The notes: generated by a model from the letters alone, not told the origin. Counted from the whole stretch's first letter, positions 49,976 to 63,416 are shown. The stretch: DNA of 63,558 nucleotides, filler included, from Folioceros fuciformis (GCA_049999805.1; 5 parts of 5 records of this genome joined end to end with filler, not necessarily neighbours in it); one strand, 5' to 3'. Translations and numbers: made by a program.

Positions 49976-50195
49976 TGATCCTATTGGTTATCCGACCGCA
50001 GGGATTTTAACATGTTAGATCTCGGTGTTCATGTGTCTCCCACTTGTTTATGTACCTGCTTACCGGTCAAGCGCAACATGGCTTCGAAAGGCGAAGGCCT
50101 ATCCACATGGGGTCTGCGTCGGTGACGGATAATTTATTTCATTGTGTACATTGTATATCTTTTCTTCACATCGCACCGGTAGTGCACAAATCTGT

Positions 50196-51196
50196 CTACT
50201 TGTGTTTGTTCCATCGCTGGATGTACGAGGAGAGTTCCACATCCTGCGGACCGTTTGCCGCCTTCGGGCAAGACCGAAAGCTTGGGAAATCTGACAGAAT
50301 CGGGGAGGAGGAGTGCAAACCGAAGTCGGAGTCTGCGAGGCTGTTGAGTCCAACAGATGAGGAGTAATATGTCTTCCAAGTCATGGTGTTGAGTTTGTCC
50401 ACATTTGTCACCTTTTCGCATTGCAGGTACGTAGGAATATCAAGAGGAGCTCGAGGATCCACAATTGCCATAGAAGCTACAACGTTCCCTGCGTTTCACT
50501 CAATCCACCACGTCACGAGTTTGGCTATATGCCAGGTTCCATTGCGTCGCACAGAAAAACACGAAACGAATGTCTTCACGAATCACCTGTAGGTAGGCCG
50601 CTGCAACCTCCACTCACCCTCGCTGGAACGCTGCCGGCCAGATTGCAGCTTACTCCATTATGTTTTCTTATGCCGCAGAAGCGACTGAGCCAAGGATATC
50701 TCTGGAGAAATCGGGAGGCAAGATGGAGGTGTCAGAGCAGTTGAAAAGGGGCGTCGGTGTGAGTCGATCGCATGAAAAGAGGTGCGCTCACCGTGTTAAT
50801 CGCCTTGGAGTTAAACAGGAGTGTCCTTTGACGATCCCAGTGTTGGCCGAGCTTCCCAGGGTTGCAGTTGTTGACGGCGTAGTTCTGGCAGCTGATCCAG
50901 CCCGGGAGGTGTTGATTGACGTTTAGGAAGCCGGAGATGGTGTTGTAGTGTCCGGTGTTGAGTTTGAGGCCGGCGGATGTGTTGAAGCATATATGGCCGT
51001 CAGCCACAACCCCGCTGGAGCAGTAGTCGAGGTAGAGGCAATGCTGGCCCCCGACCACGTAGTTGCACTGGAGGTGGTTGCCAGGGTTGATCCAGTGCGT
51101 GGCGAAATAGAATGCGGAAGAATCCGGGAGAACTTCGTAGCCGGGATCTACCGTTACGTAGTTGTTGGTCATAGTTGTAAGCATGCAATCCCCCAC
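50196..51196 (-). CDS. 3' part of a right-handed parallel beta-helix (pectin-lyase-like, GH141-like) protein; exons ~51196-50792, 50701-50588, 50490-50196; 5' end cut by the contig end
   Basis: DSSAFYF..GNHLQCNYV..LYLDYCSSGVVADGHI..GHYNTI; RYPWL..PTGNVV; terminal DFGLHSSSP..F..GP. GT-AG introns keep the frame. Confidence 0.65.
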
Positions 51197-51197
51197 G

Positions 51198-51297
51198 NNN
51201 NNNNNNNNNNNNNNNNNNNNNNNNNNNNNNNNNNNNNNNNNTTAATTAATTAANNNNNNNNNNNNNNNNNNNNNNNNNNNNNNNNNNNNNNNNNNNN
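51198..51297. other. Artificial contig spacer
   Basis: N44-TTAATTAATTAA-N44. Confidence 0.98.
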
Positions 51298-54200
51298 GAG
51301 GAGAAAAACCTAGGCGAGGAATCATCCTCTAAGCCTAAGGAAAACTCTGAGCAGGCCTTCTACTCTGGCAGAGGCAGAGGTAGAGCCCAAGGTGGCAGAG
51401 GGCAAAGAGGTGGTAGAGGTCGGAATCCCCACCAAAATCAACAACAGAATCAGGAGTCCCAGTACAAGAGTACACGTGGAAGAGGAGAAAATTCTCGAGG
51501 CTGGGGGAGTCAAAGAGGACGTGGAAATCAACAACAAAATGATGCAAATGCAGACAATAATGGTTGCTGGACTTGTGGTAGGTTAGACCACTTCGAAAGA
51601 GATTGTCCAAGGAGAAATCAAGGCAACAGGAGGCAGCAGAACAATTATGCCTCTAGCAGCAGTCAGAATGACTCAGAAAACTTGTTTGTCATGCAGCATA
51701 TGCTTAACTCTGTGTCTGCTAATGGATCCAACAATGGTGAGATTGTGTGGTATGTGGACTCAGGAGCTTCGAACCACATGACATGCCATGGGGAGTGGTT
51801 CAAAGAAATGCAAGTGCTTGACAAACCTGGATATGTAGAAACTGGAGATGACACAACACATGCAATTGTGCATACAGGAACTGTACCTCTGAAGATGCAG
51901 GATGGCAAAGTGAAGTGCCTGGTATATGTTCTTCACGTACCCAACATCACAAAGAACTTGGTGTCAGTTGGGCAGATGGTTGAGCGAGGACTGCAGGTTA
52001 GATTTACACCTGCAGGACTCTTTGTTGAAGAGTGCAAGAAAGGCGGTCGCCTGATTGCTCAAGGACAGAAGGTTGGACGGATGTTCACCTTGAACGTGGA
52101 GGTTCCTAAGCTGAAGTCAGCCATGTTTGCGAAGGGTACAAGGGTAGTGACAGACCTAGAGATGTGGCACAAACGCATTGGACATGTAAATGTGCAGAAG
52201 TTGAAGTCCATGCAGCATCAGAAGGTTGTCACAGGCATACCCAAGCTTACAGAAAATGGACTGCAAGGTATATGTGAAGCATGTCAACTTGGGAAACAGC
52301 CTAGGAATGCGTTCCCCCATGACAAACATGTCAGCAGATATGTGTTGGATGTTGTGCATTCAGATGTATGGGGTCCTACACAGACTGCATCAATCGGAGG
52401 CTGCAAGTACTATGTGACCTTCATTGACGACCACACAAGGAAGGTGTGGGTCTATTTCATGAAAGAAAAAAGTGAAGTGATCACTCATTTTCATACTTTC
52501 AAGGCGATGGTTGAGAAGCAGACAGGTAGGCACATCAAATGCCTAAGATCTGATGGAGGGGGAGAGTACTTCTCCAGAGAGTTCAGCAAATTCTTATCAG
52601 AACAGGGCATTCAACGGCAGTACACATGTCGTTATACGCCACAACAAAATGGAGTTGCAGAGCGCAAGAACAGGCACATAGCAGAAGTGGCGAGAGCATT
52701 GATGACAGAGAAGAAGATGCCTCACTACTATTGGGCTGAAGCTATAAGCACAGCAGTGTACATCATGAACAGAACTCCCACAGCAGCGGTGCACAGTGTA
52801 ACACCGGAGGAGAAGTTCACAGGGAAGAAACCTGACTTGTCACACTTAAAGGTATTTGGTTGCATTGCTTATGTCCATATTCCGGATGAGTTGCGGACTA
52901 AGCTTGATCCAAAAGCAGAAAAGTGTGTCTTCATTGGGTATTCTGTTACACAGAAAGGATACAGGTGCTACAATCCCAGTACACGGACTATGAGAGTAAG
53001 CAGAGACGTAGTCTTTGATGAAATGGGTAGCTGGTACTTTGAAGTACAAGGAAGTAGTGTAGCTGATGTGCTTGAAACTGAGGTAACAAGCAATGCAGGT
53101 CAACAATCACAAGTGTTGAGTGGACCGCAAGCGTCATCAAACTCGACAAATGTTCAGAATCCATGGAGTGGCAAGTTGCGAGGTAGTGTGAGTCCTACGA
53201 GCTCCACAGCTGTGTCTCGCAAAGGGAAGGAAAAAGTCCAGGATTCAAAGATACCAGACCTAAGTGCAGGTGCGGATGATTCAAGCGACTCTGAGTAGAG
53301 CCTGGATGAGGAATTCGGTGTACCGAAAATCGAAACACCTGGTGCAAAAGAGGTTCAATCAGCCCCTGGAAGTGGTTCAATCCCACGGAGATCTGGAAGG
53401 CAGAAGGTTCCAATACAGCGGTTGACCTATGATAGCTATGTAGCTAGGCACCATGCCTATATGGCAAAGGTTGTACAGGATGTGGAACCAAGAAGCTTTG
53501 AAGAAGCTATTGGAGACACAAAGTGGGAACATGCTATGGATGAAGAAATGAATGCATTAAATCAGAATGCAACATGGGACCTAGTACAACTACCTGAAGG
53601 CAAGAAACCAATAGGTTGCAAATGGGTGTACAAGGTCAAACACAACGCAGATGGTAGTATCAACAGGTACAAGGCAAGGCTTGTGGCCAAGGGATATGCC
53701 CAGACATATGGAATAGATTTTGAGGAGACGTTCAGTCCAGTTGCCAAAATGGCAACAATTCGAACCGTGATCGCACTAGCGGCATCGAAAGGTTGGGTCC
53801 TACATCATATGGATGTGAAGAATGCGTTTTTACATGGAGAATTGCTGGAAGAAGTATACATGGACCAGCCACCAGGTTATGAGGATTTGGATCATCCAAA
53901 TCATGTGTGCAAGCTGAAAAAAAACGTTGTACGGACTGAAGCAAGCCCCGAGGGCTTGGCATGAGCGTCTTGCTCAGCATCTGATTCACATCGGATTCAA
54001 CATGGCAGATGCGGATCATTCGTTGTATGTGTGCAAAAGTACAAAACGACTGGTCTTTGTGACCATTTATGTGGATGATCTAATCATTGGAGGTAATCAA
54101 TTGGATCAAGTGGAGCAGATCAAGGAACTTCTACAACAAGAGTTCAAGATGGCAGACCTAGGTGAACTGAGGTTCTTTTTGGGCATTGAAATTATACGAA

Positions 54201-54886
54201 CCAACACAGGCATTTGGCTGTCACAGCGGAAGTATGCGTCGGATGTACTAACTAAGTATGGTATGGTTGAGTGCAAGCCAATCTCGATTCCTTTGGATCA
54301 AAATCTAAAGCTCAGTGCTCATGATGGTGAAGCACTTGAAGATCCAACAATGTACACGAAGATTGTGGGTAGCTTGATATATCTCACTCTATCCCGACCA
54401 GATTTGAACTATACAGTGGGATTGCAAAGTCAGTTTATGCAGGCGCCAAGAAAGCCACATTTGGATGCAGTAAGGCGAACGTTGCGCTATGTGAAGGCAA
54501 CTATGGATCATGCTCTCTTTTATGTTGCAGATTTAGAAATAAACCTGTGTGGGTACACAGATGCATATTGGGCAAGCAGTGTTACTGATCGTAGATCTAC
54601 AAGTGGATTCATTTTTTCACTTGGGAGTGCAGCAATTACATGGAGTAGCAAGAAGCAGCCTACAGTGGCTTTGTCTAGTACAGAAGCTGAATACAGAGGC
54701 GCAGCAATGGCAGCGTGTGAAGTGACTTGGATTTGTAAGTTACTCGGAGATTTTGGATTGCAGGTCAACGACAAGGTTGTTATCTACTGTGACAATCTTA
54801 GCAGCATACAGTTGGGCGAAACCCAGTGTTTCATGCCAAGACAAAACACATTGAAATACATTATCATTTTCTTTGCGAAAGGATTT
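51298..54886 (+). mobile_element. Little-degraded Ty1/Copia gag-pol (zinc knuckle, PR, INT, RT, RH), both ends cut by contig edges
   Basis: CWTCGRLDHFERDC; WYVDSGASNHM; WHKRIGH, VHSDVWGP, LRSDGGGEY, PQQNGVAERKNR; YKARLVAKG, IYVDDLII, SSTEAEY. One stop at 53296-53298, a frameshift in an A-run near 53920 and another near 54815. Confidence 0.97.
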
Positions 54887-54986
54887 NNNNNNNNNNNNNN
54901 NNNNNNNNNNNNNNNNNNNNNNNNNNNNNNTTAATTAATTAANNNNNNNNNNNNNNNNNNNNNNNNNNNNNNNNNNNNNNNNNNNN
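54887..54986. other. Artificial contig spacer
   Basis: N44-TTAATTAATTAA-N44. Confidence 0.98.
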
Positions 54987-56605
54987 AGTATATCTGGGAA
55001 GCCCAATTCTGTGCAGCCCAAAAAAATTGTAAAATCGGGTGTCCTGGTGGTTCCTTCTCACAGCATCTTGTCCCAATCTTTCTCATCTCAACAGTAGATT
55101 TGGATGCTTCCAAGCTCTCGACGTTCTTGACCACAGATCATGCCACCGACGACCAAACCGACAGTCTCATGACTCAACAACTGACACAACCAGCCAACTG
55201 TGTGGATGTAAACCCATGTCCCACTCCACCTGCTGAGAGGCAGGAACCGGAAAGCTTGGACTCGTCGAGAGCAGTTTATAGATCAGAAGGACAAATGGTG
55301 CGTGAACCTTCATCAATCGCAGGCGGTGTAATTTGTTCCCAGCTGACAAAGATATGGGAAGCGCAAGTCTGTGGCAGCTCAAGACATGGAAAAACTTGTG
55401 GTCTGGAGGTTCCCTCTCACAGCATCTTGTCCCACTGCCTTCACGTCCACTTCGCGTGAGGATGCATGTGCTGGCGACACTGCACCCGTCTTATCTAACG
55501 ATACCCTCTGTCCACACGGGTAAGCATGATCTTGCATACGTCAGGTCAACTGTACGGATGCAGGAAAAGAGATGGATCTAGGTTCTTTTGATAGAGAGAT
55601 TCGAAAGCCAGACATTCGCCATGGTGTACAAATCCTATAAGGCTCTACAGTATCACTATTCATGTGGAAGGGAGCAGGGAGAAGAAGCGTTCTATTTTAG
55701 TTCACCCGGTATGATTAAAGTATTTTTAATACCAGCGTATGTCCATTCGGCCTAGAGGGCACACATTTATAAGAACTGTGGGATACCTTGTACTTAATGG
55801 TTTCTGTTGGATATCTTGGAGAAGACTCTCTTTTCGTACCCAAGCTTTTTATTTCCCCTTTTGGCAAACGTACCAAACCAGTCCTGCACCGAAGGGACAT
55901 GGCTCAACGATTTGAGCCAGGTTACAGCCCGTTGTGGACTGGATGCCGGGCGGCCTGAGGGCAGAAAGCCCGAGCACCGCCTGTAACCATGGGCGGGGGC
56001 GCGCCCGTGCTTGGGCAAGGTAAGCATGTCCTGTTTGATTTTGGCTAAAGGGACGCGTAAACCCTGTGTTTGTAAAAAACCTACAGAGAGGGGACGCGTC
56101 CCCTTTGGCATGCCATAGTCACCTCCTTGTTTTTCTGTTTCTCTGAGAGAAGCATCTTTCTCTTTCTTGGTTTCTGTGGTCGGGAAGATCAGGCGTCAGC
56201 CGAACAGCAGTTGGGAAGGAAGATGTTGCGTGTCAATTACATCTGCTGTTTGTTTGTGGTTGCTCTTCCCTAATGAAGTGACAGTCCATGACCATAGCTG
56301 AACCGTCACCAACAGCTCTACATCCAAGAGGCATCAACCGTACACACCAACCCACGCACCTGTTCGCATAGCACCCTGCAGAGACACAAGAACCAGCATG
56401 AACACTCAACGCTGTAATCAATTCTTAGACCAAATGAAAACAAAAGTATATTTGAAACTTTTTCCATTCCCCGCATGGAAGTATATATACCGACCCTCCA
56501 CACCTCGGACAACCAGATGCATCCCTACCGCGACCCCTTTCCGTTTGTGTTGATCTGCGGGCTCGATACTTCCACGGCAGAGTCGTACGGGTCCGCAAGT
56601 CAGCC

Positions 56606-57910
56606 ATGGAACTCAGCACGGCTCTGGCTCTGTTATTGGCCCTGGCCGGACTGTATGGTAGCCTGTGGGTCTGCGCTACACGGATCCGATTGTCCGAGGG
56701 GTTGAAGCTGCCGCCGGGCCCCTGGGGTCTGCCGATTCTGGGCCATTTCGTCCCATTCCTGGTGTCCAAGCATCTGCATAAAGACCTGCTTCGGATGTCC
56801 AGGAGGTTCGGTCACATCATGTTCATCAGGTTGGGTCCTCGGAGAGCCATCGTGGTGTCATCTGGCGAGCTCGCCAACGCCATCCTCAAGCACCAGGACG
56901 CAATCTTCGCCAACCGGTCGCCAACCTATGCGAGTTCCATGCTCCGATACGGTTTCAAAGACATCGCTTTCGCTCCTTACGGAGTTCACCACCGTCAAGC
57001 CAGGTACGGGCGTGGAGTGCATTGTGTTCGTGCTCAATCCCCACCAGCGTCATACATGTATCCGTTCTTCAGCCAACGGACATGCATTTGAGCACACATG
57101 TTGCAATCTCACCCATCGTCCATGACCCCGTCCATCTCCTCTACAACCTGCAGGAAGACGTTGACAAGTGAGCTTCTCGGCAACTCAAAGCTGCCGCTAT
57201 TCGAGAACGACAGGCTACTGGAAATTCGCAGCGTGGTGAACGCGGTCAAGAGACACATCGCACAGACAGAGCCTGGAAAAACCCCACAGGCTCTGGACTT
57301 GTGCGCGATGTTCAGGACACTGATGTTGAACAACATCACTCGCATTTCTCTCAATCGGCCCTTACTTCCGTACGACAACATTGTGGTAGCTGATCCAAAA
57401 CACAGTAGTCATTCCGAGTCTAACAGCACCGCAGCAAAATTCCACCACCTCCTCGAAGTCCACCTGGAATACATCGGCATCCAAATGCTGACAGACTACA
57501 TCCCATGGCTGTCACTGGTGGATCGTCTATCCGGCACCACCACAGCCCTGCACAACATTCGGGACAAATTCGACAGGTACATGGAAGAAACCATTCTCCA
57601 CGACCCCCGCCACCGCCAACTGGCTCCGGGGAGTCCCAGATCGTACATTGACGCCCTGATCAGCGTTCACGGCGAGTTCGAGGACGAGGAGGCCCGATCT
57701 TGAAACACTCGGGTGAAAGCCCAGATGCTGGTAACCACCCAACCCACGCAGCCACTCCCCCACTTGAATGCGCGCTCGACAAGTTTAAGCATCCTCAACG
57801 TGTACGCCTGCAGAACACATTGGTGGCCGGCACAGAGCCGTCGTCGACGATCGTGATCTGGGCCTTCTCAGAGATCCTTTGCAGGCCCGACGTCCTCAGC
57901 AATATTACAT
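56606..57910 (+). pseudogene. Truncated cytochrome P450 (CYP71-clan-like)
   Basis: N-terminal TM, LPPGPWGLPILGH, FANRS, DIAFAPYG, LTDYIPWL, I-helix AGTEPSS. Stop at 57701-57703. No ExxR, PERF or heme FxxGxRxCxG motif seen downstream. Confidence 0.88.
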
Positions 57911-60900
57911 GTGATGATAGCTTTGATGTAGATAGGAGGAATTCGTTCTTGTGTTGCCAAGAGGGTTGGCTCAATTGTTTATGCTTGTGTGTGATTGTCT
58001 GCAAAAAATAAGCGATCTGGACTGTTCAAAATCTTCTATCAAAAGTTTTGGGTTTTCCTGTTCAGGGCTTCCTAAAATATTGCTGGGAGGGAGATATGTC
58101 CAAGATGATTGCACCTCCAACCATTCAGCGAAGGCTATGAAGGATAAGGCAAATCCAGCTCAGCACTCAGCAAGAGTGAGCAACACCACCCTCCATCAAA
58201 CTGCAGGCTCTTACAGGTGGAAGCATGCTCACGCAACCAGGTTGGTACCTAGCCTTGCCTTGCCTTTCGTGGTTCACTTCCAACACCTCTAAGGATTTGC
58301 GATACCCCCACCTCCTCCATTACGGAAAAAACCTACGCTAAGCTGCAATCAGTTGCTGCAACCCAACTAATTGCATTAGCTTCCACGACCTGAGAGCATG
58401 GGCAAAAGGTGAGGTTGCGGTAGGAGCAACATAGCCCTGCAGCCTTGCAACCCCGCACACTTGAGACTTTCTCCAGCCACGAAATCCTACACATGACTCC
58501 ATTGAATGTATGCGGCTTGCAGTTGCTTCTGGATTTGCCAATCTAGCGTGTCTGTACTAAAATGTCCGAGCGGTGGGATCTGGACGTTGAGGGGGCACTC
58601 CATCGGAACGTAAGGACAGTGCAAAGCGTACTTGCTTTAGTGTTAAAGCAAAATGTTGTTGAAGCTTAAACCCGGTTTCAAGGATTCAACACATTTCACG
58701 GGTTGAACATTGGTTTCCCGGTTTAGACTAGGAGGTGGTAAAACTGGGCGATATGGGCGATACCAGTACAGGCGATCGCGGTATATGATTTCCTCAACAG
58801 ATAGTTGGGTGAAGAGAGATGCATGGCGGAGGATGCGGACGCCATCCGACGGGGGATTTCCCACGGGAGAAGCATTTATTGGATCGGAGATTCCGACGTA
58901 GGCATAAGTCTGCACGCCTACAAGCCTCAAGATAACAGGCATCATTCGTTCATTCATTCATGACTCGGATTGAGTCCCTTGTACAATGATCCAATGCTCT
59001 CCAACCCATCTCAACATTTGGAAATACCTAGCCTCCTAGAAGGTCCACCAACCATGGCACCAACAACCAAGCCCAATCTCATCACTCACCATGAATTGCG
59101 ACTGCACCAACCAACTATCTGGATATTTCTCTGATAATGTCCCACCCCTGGGGGTGGGCATACGTTGTGGTGCTTGTCGCCCTTGGGACCACGCAGACCC
59201 ATTTTGTTCATCCTTTTATATATATAGCACCATCCAGGCCTGGATCTTTGCCCTTGGGCCCCGATCAAAGCTTGGAACTGTCCCAAGTGAACATAATACG
59301 AAAGGTCACTAAACAGTTTAAGTCCTGCACCCAGGCGGTATAATACATATCTGGGAATCGCTAGTCCAGCCGACGATATACATATCTGGGAATCGCAAGT
59401 CTGTGGCAGTTCAAGAAATAGAAATAAAAATGGGTGGTCTGTAGGTTTCCTCTCACAGGATCTCAACAATTGGAGAAAGCAGGCCCCCGGTACCGATCGT
59501 CACAACCAATCTCATCACTCAACAACTGCAGCCAACCAGGCATCTGGATCTGGATGTAACTCCATGTCCCACCCAACTGCCGATCGCTGGTGTTCAATTA
59601 GGGCCATAAGAACAGCTCACAGATAGATCACAGCACGCAAGTGTTATCTCAAACGATGCCGAGGAGCCGCTTAAAGCTTGGAACTGTCCAAACACGAGAC
59701 TAAACTTTTTAATGCCTGCAAGCGGTGTTATTTGCTTGTGGCTGGAGTATATCTGGGAAGCCCAATTCTGTGCAGCCCAAAAAAATTGTAAAATCGGGTG
59801 TCCTGGTGGTTCCTTCTCACAGCATCTTGTCCCAATCTTTCTCATCTCAACAGTAGATTTGGATGCTTCCAAGCTCTCGACGTTCTTGACCACAGATCAT
59901 GCCACCGACGACCAAACCGACAGTCTCATGACTCAACAACTGACACAACCAGCCAACTGTGTGGATGTAAACCCATGTCCCACTCCACCTGCTGAGAGGC
60001 AGGAACCGGAAAGCTTGGACTCGTCGAGAGCAGTTTATAGATCAGAAGGACAAATGGTGCGTGAACCTTCATCAATCGCAGGCGGTGTAATTTGTTCCCA
60101 GCTGACAAAGATATGGGAAGCGCAAGTCTGTGGCAGCTCAAGACATGGAAAAACTTGTGGTCTGGAGGTTCCCTCTCACAGCATCTTGTCCCACTGCCTT
60201 CACGTCCACTTCGCGTGAGGATGCATGTGCTGGCGACACTGCACCCGTCTTATCTAACGATACCCTCTGTCCACACGGGTAAGCATGATCTTGCATACGT
60301 CAGGTCAACTGTACGGATGCAGGAAAAGAGATGGATCTAGGTTCTTTTGATAGAGAGATTCGAAAGCCAGACATTCGCCATGGTGTACAAATCCTATAAG
60401 GCTCTACAGTATCACTATTCATGTGGAAGGGAGCAGGGAGAAGAAGCGTTCTATTTTAGTTCACCCGGTATGATTAAAGTATTTTTAATACCAGCGTATG
60501 TCCATTCGGCCTAGAGGGCACACATTTATAAGAACTGTGGGATACCTTGTACTTAATGGTTTCTGTTGGATATCTTGGAGAAGACTCTCTTTTCGTACCC
60601 AAGCTTTTTATTTCCCCTTTTGGCAAACGTACCAAACCAGTCCTGCACCGAAGGGACATGGCTCAACGATTTGAGCCAGGTTACAGCCCGTTGTGGACTG
60701 GATGCCGGGCGGCCTGAGGGCAGAAAGCCCGAGCACCGCCTGTAACCATGGGCGGGGGCGCGCCCGTGCTTGGGCAAGGTAAGCATGTCCTGTTTGATTT
60801 TGGCTAAAGGGACGCGTAAACCCTGTGTTTGTAAAAAACCTACAGAGAGGGGACGCGTCCCCTTTGGCATGCCATAGTCACCTCCTTGTTTTTCTGTTTC

Positions 60901-61364
60901 TCTGAGAGAAGCATCTTTCTCTTTCTTGGTTTCTGTGGTCGGGAAGATCAGGCGTCAGCCGAACAGCAGTTGGGAAGGAAGATGTTGCGTGTCAATTACA
61001 TCTGCTGTTTGTTTGTGGTTGCTCTTCCCTAATGAAGTGACAGTCCATGACCATAGCTGAACCGTCACCAACAGCTCTACATCCAAGAGGCATCAACCGT
61101 ACACACCAACCCACGCACCTGTTCGCATAGCACCCTGCAGAGACACAAGAACCAGCATGAACACTCAACGCTGTAATCAATTCTTAGACCAAATGAAAAC
61201 AAAAGTATATTTGAAACTTTTTCCATTCCCCGCATGGAAGTATATATACCGACCCTCCACACCTCGGACAACCAGATGCATCCCTACCGCGACCCCTTTC
61301 CGTTTGTGTTGATCTGCGGGCTCGATACTTCCACGGCAGAGTCGTACGGGTCCGCAAGTCAGCC

Positions 61365-61435
61365 ATGGAACTCAGCACGGCTCTGGCTCTGTTATTGGCC
61401 CTGGCCGGACTGTATGGTAGCCTGTGGGTCTGCGC
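61365..61435 (+). pseudogene. Start of a second copy of the same P450, cut by the contig end
   Basis: ATGGAACTCAGCACGGCTCTG... is identical to the sequence from 56606. Confidence 0.85.
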
Positions 61436-61535
61436 NNNNNNNNNNNNNNNNNNNNNNNNNNNNNNNNNNNNNNNNNNNNTTAATTAATTAANNNNNNNNN
61501 NNNNNNNNNNNNNNNNNNNNNNNNNNNNNNNNNNN
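61436..61535. other. Artificial contig spacer
   Basis: N44-TTAATTAATTAA-N44. Confidence 0.98.
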
Positions 61536-63416
61536 CTCATCCGAACACGCCAAATGTGATATTGGTTACCATTAAATCTATCTTTTTCTTTTAATTCAGA
61601 TATTGAAGAGGGGGCAAATGAGGTAGACATGTTTACGTGAGTGTTGGTGTTTGTGCTATGTGATAATGGTTGTGCTTGCTGTTGTGTTTTTCTTTTATTT
61701 GTCTTAGGTGTGCTTATGTGTACTCCCAGAAGAGGATCGTCGTCTGACGAGCCTGAATCCTCTTCGTGCTCAAAAACAGAATCCCTGCCTCCAAAAAGTG
61801 ACATACGATGGCTCTCCCACTAGACTATGGCTAGGTGAAGAAGCAGCAAAAAAAATATGTACCTTTGTTGAAGAAAAACAGGATAAATTCAAAAATAAAT
61901 ATGTTACAGAAATGAATATGGTAAAATGGGTTACATAAAATTTCTATTTATGCATAAAAAGAATGCTAGTTACGCTAACTTGCTGTGTAAGGAGGCTGTG
62001 ATGGGGCCATCAGTTCGGGGGAGGCTATCTGCCCGACCTCGGACTGATGGTTACGTCAATGCTTCCTCACACACACAAGGTTAGAAAGCAACAGGAGACG
62101 TAACAAAAAAAACGAGACAGCGAGCAAGCAGGGCAGCACGTGAAAAAAACAAGAGAAAACACCTCCTCACAAGCCACAGTGCTCACTCGTGCAGCAACAT
62201 GCCGACAGCACAAGAAAAACCTGCCCGGTATCAATCCTATCCAAACAGCCTGCATGGATCGAGAAATGTGGAAACACCAGGAAAGCCTAGCGCCGCTCCA
62301 AGATCCTCAGCGCCAGCCCTGCCCGGCAAATTCGAGCGCACCACCACACCAGATCCCAGCAGCCTAACCGTCACAGGCGAATCCAAAACGCACCCGCCTG
62401 AGAACGATGTCCTGGCCAGATCGAACGCGCCGGTTCGATTCTCGGCCCCCTGCAGCGGAAGCGGAAGGGCTAGGGGGATGGGGCACCGCCATCTCTGGTG
62501 GTGCCCTGCATCGGGTCTCCAAGCAAATCGTAGTGCATCTGGCTGATTCGGTAGGTTAGATGATCAAGCTCTCCCTGTGTCGTGCACGCTAAAGCAGCAG
62601 CAATGGCCTCCAGGCGCCTCGAATTCCCACCTGCCCGGCAAATTCGAAGGCACCACAATTCCAGGACTGCGAGCCCAAACCTAACCGTCACGGGAGCATC
62701 CAAGCGCGCGCACCGCACCAGATCCCAGCAGCGTGCCCTCCTTCTAACTGTCACGGGAGCATCCCGCCGGAGGCCGATGCTAAGGCCAGATCGAACGCGC
62801 CGGTTCGAATCTCGGCCTCCCCCTGCAGCGGAAGCAAAAAAAAAGCTAGGGGGATGAGGCACCACCATCTCTGGTGGTGCCCAGCATCAGATCTCCAGGC
62901 AAAAAACGCAGTGCCTGGCTGATTCGGGCTCCTTCCCGTGTTGCACCCGACCCGGCAGCCACCGGGTCCTCCACCTTCTGGCCGGGGCTCAATCCCACCA
63001 AGCACGGCAGTCTGCAAGAAAGGCCTGCTCCTGCGCCGCTCACCTGGCCGCCTCCTGCGCCTCCATCACCCGGAGCCACCGATCGAAGAAGGGGCTGTGT
63101 GGATGGCAGGCTGTACAAGCAGCGCGGGCCGGGGCGGGGTAGAGATCCTCTACGGATCCGCGTCTCGGCGACAAAGACTAGTATCTCTAGGGATAACATA
63201 TCCCCAAGCAGCCGAGTGTGGTCTGGTGGTTCCACTGCCGCGTATTCCATGGGTGATCGCGGGTTCAAGTTTTGCTGCGTGCATGCCTCCACACCGCTTG
63301 TGTATTACGCAGCCGACAAGATCTTCAACCTCGTAGTCGGGATTGTATCCTCAAATCGTATCCAATTTTTTTATCGAAAAAGTTGTTATGGGATCCGGGA
63401 GAAAAACGCCCACGGG

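Larger units (their letters stand above)
54987..61435. repeat. Tandem duplication, period 4759 bp (54987-56676 repeated at 59746-61435)
   Basis: Identical ORF translations at a constant offset of 4759 (e.g. 55039/59798, 55794/60553, 56318/61077). Confidence 0.95.

Noticed and set aside
29512..61535. TTAATTAATTAA palindrome recurring four times
   Set aside because: It is always centred in N44...N44, so it is a synthetic contig linker and not a biological motif.
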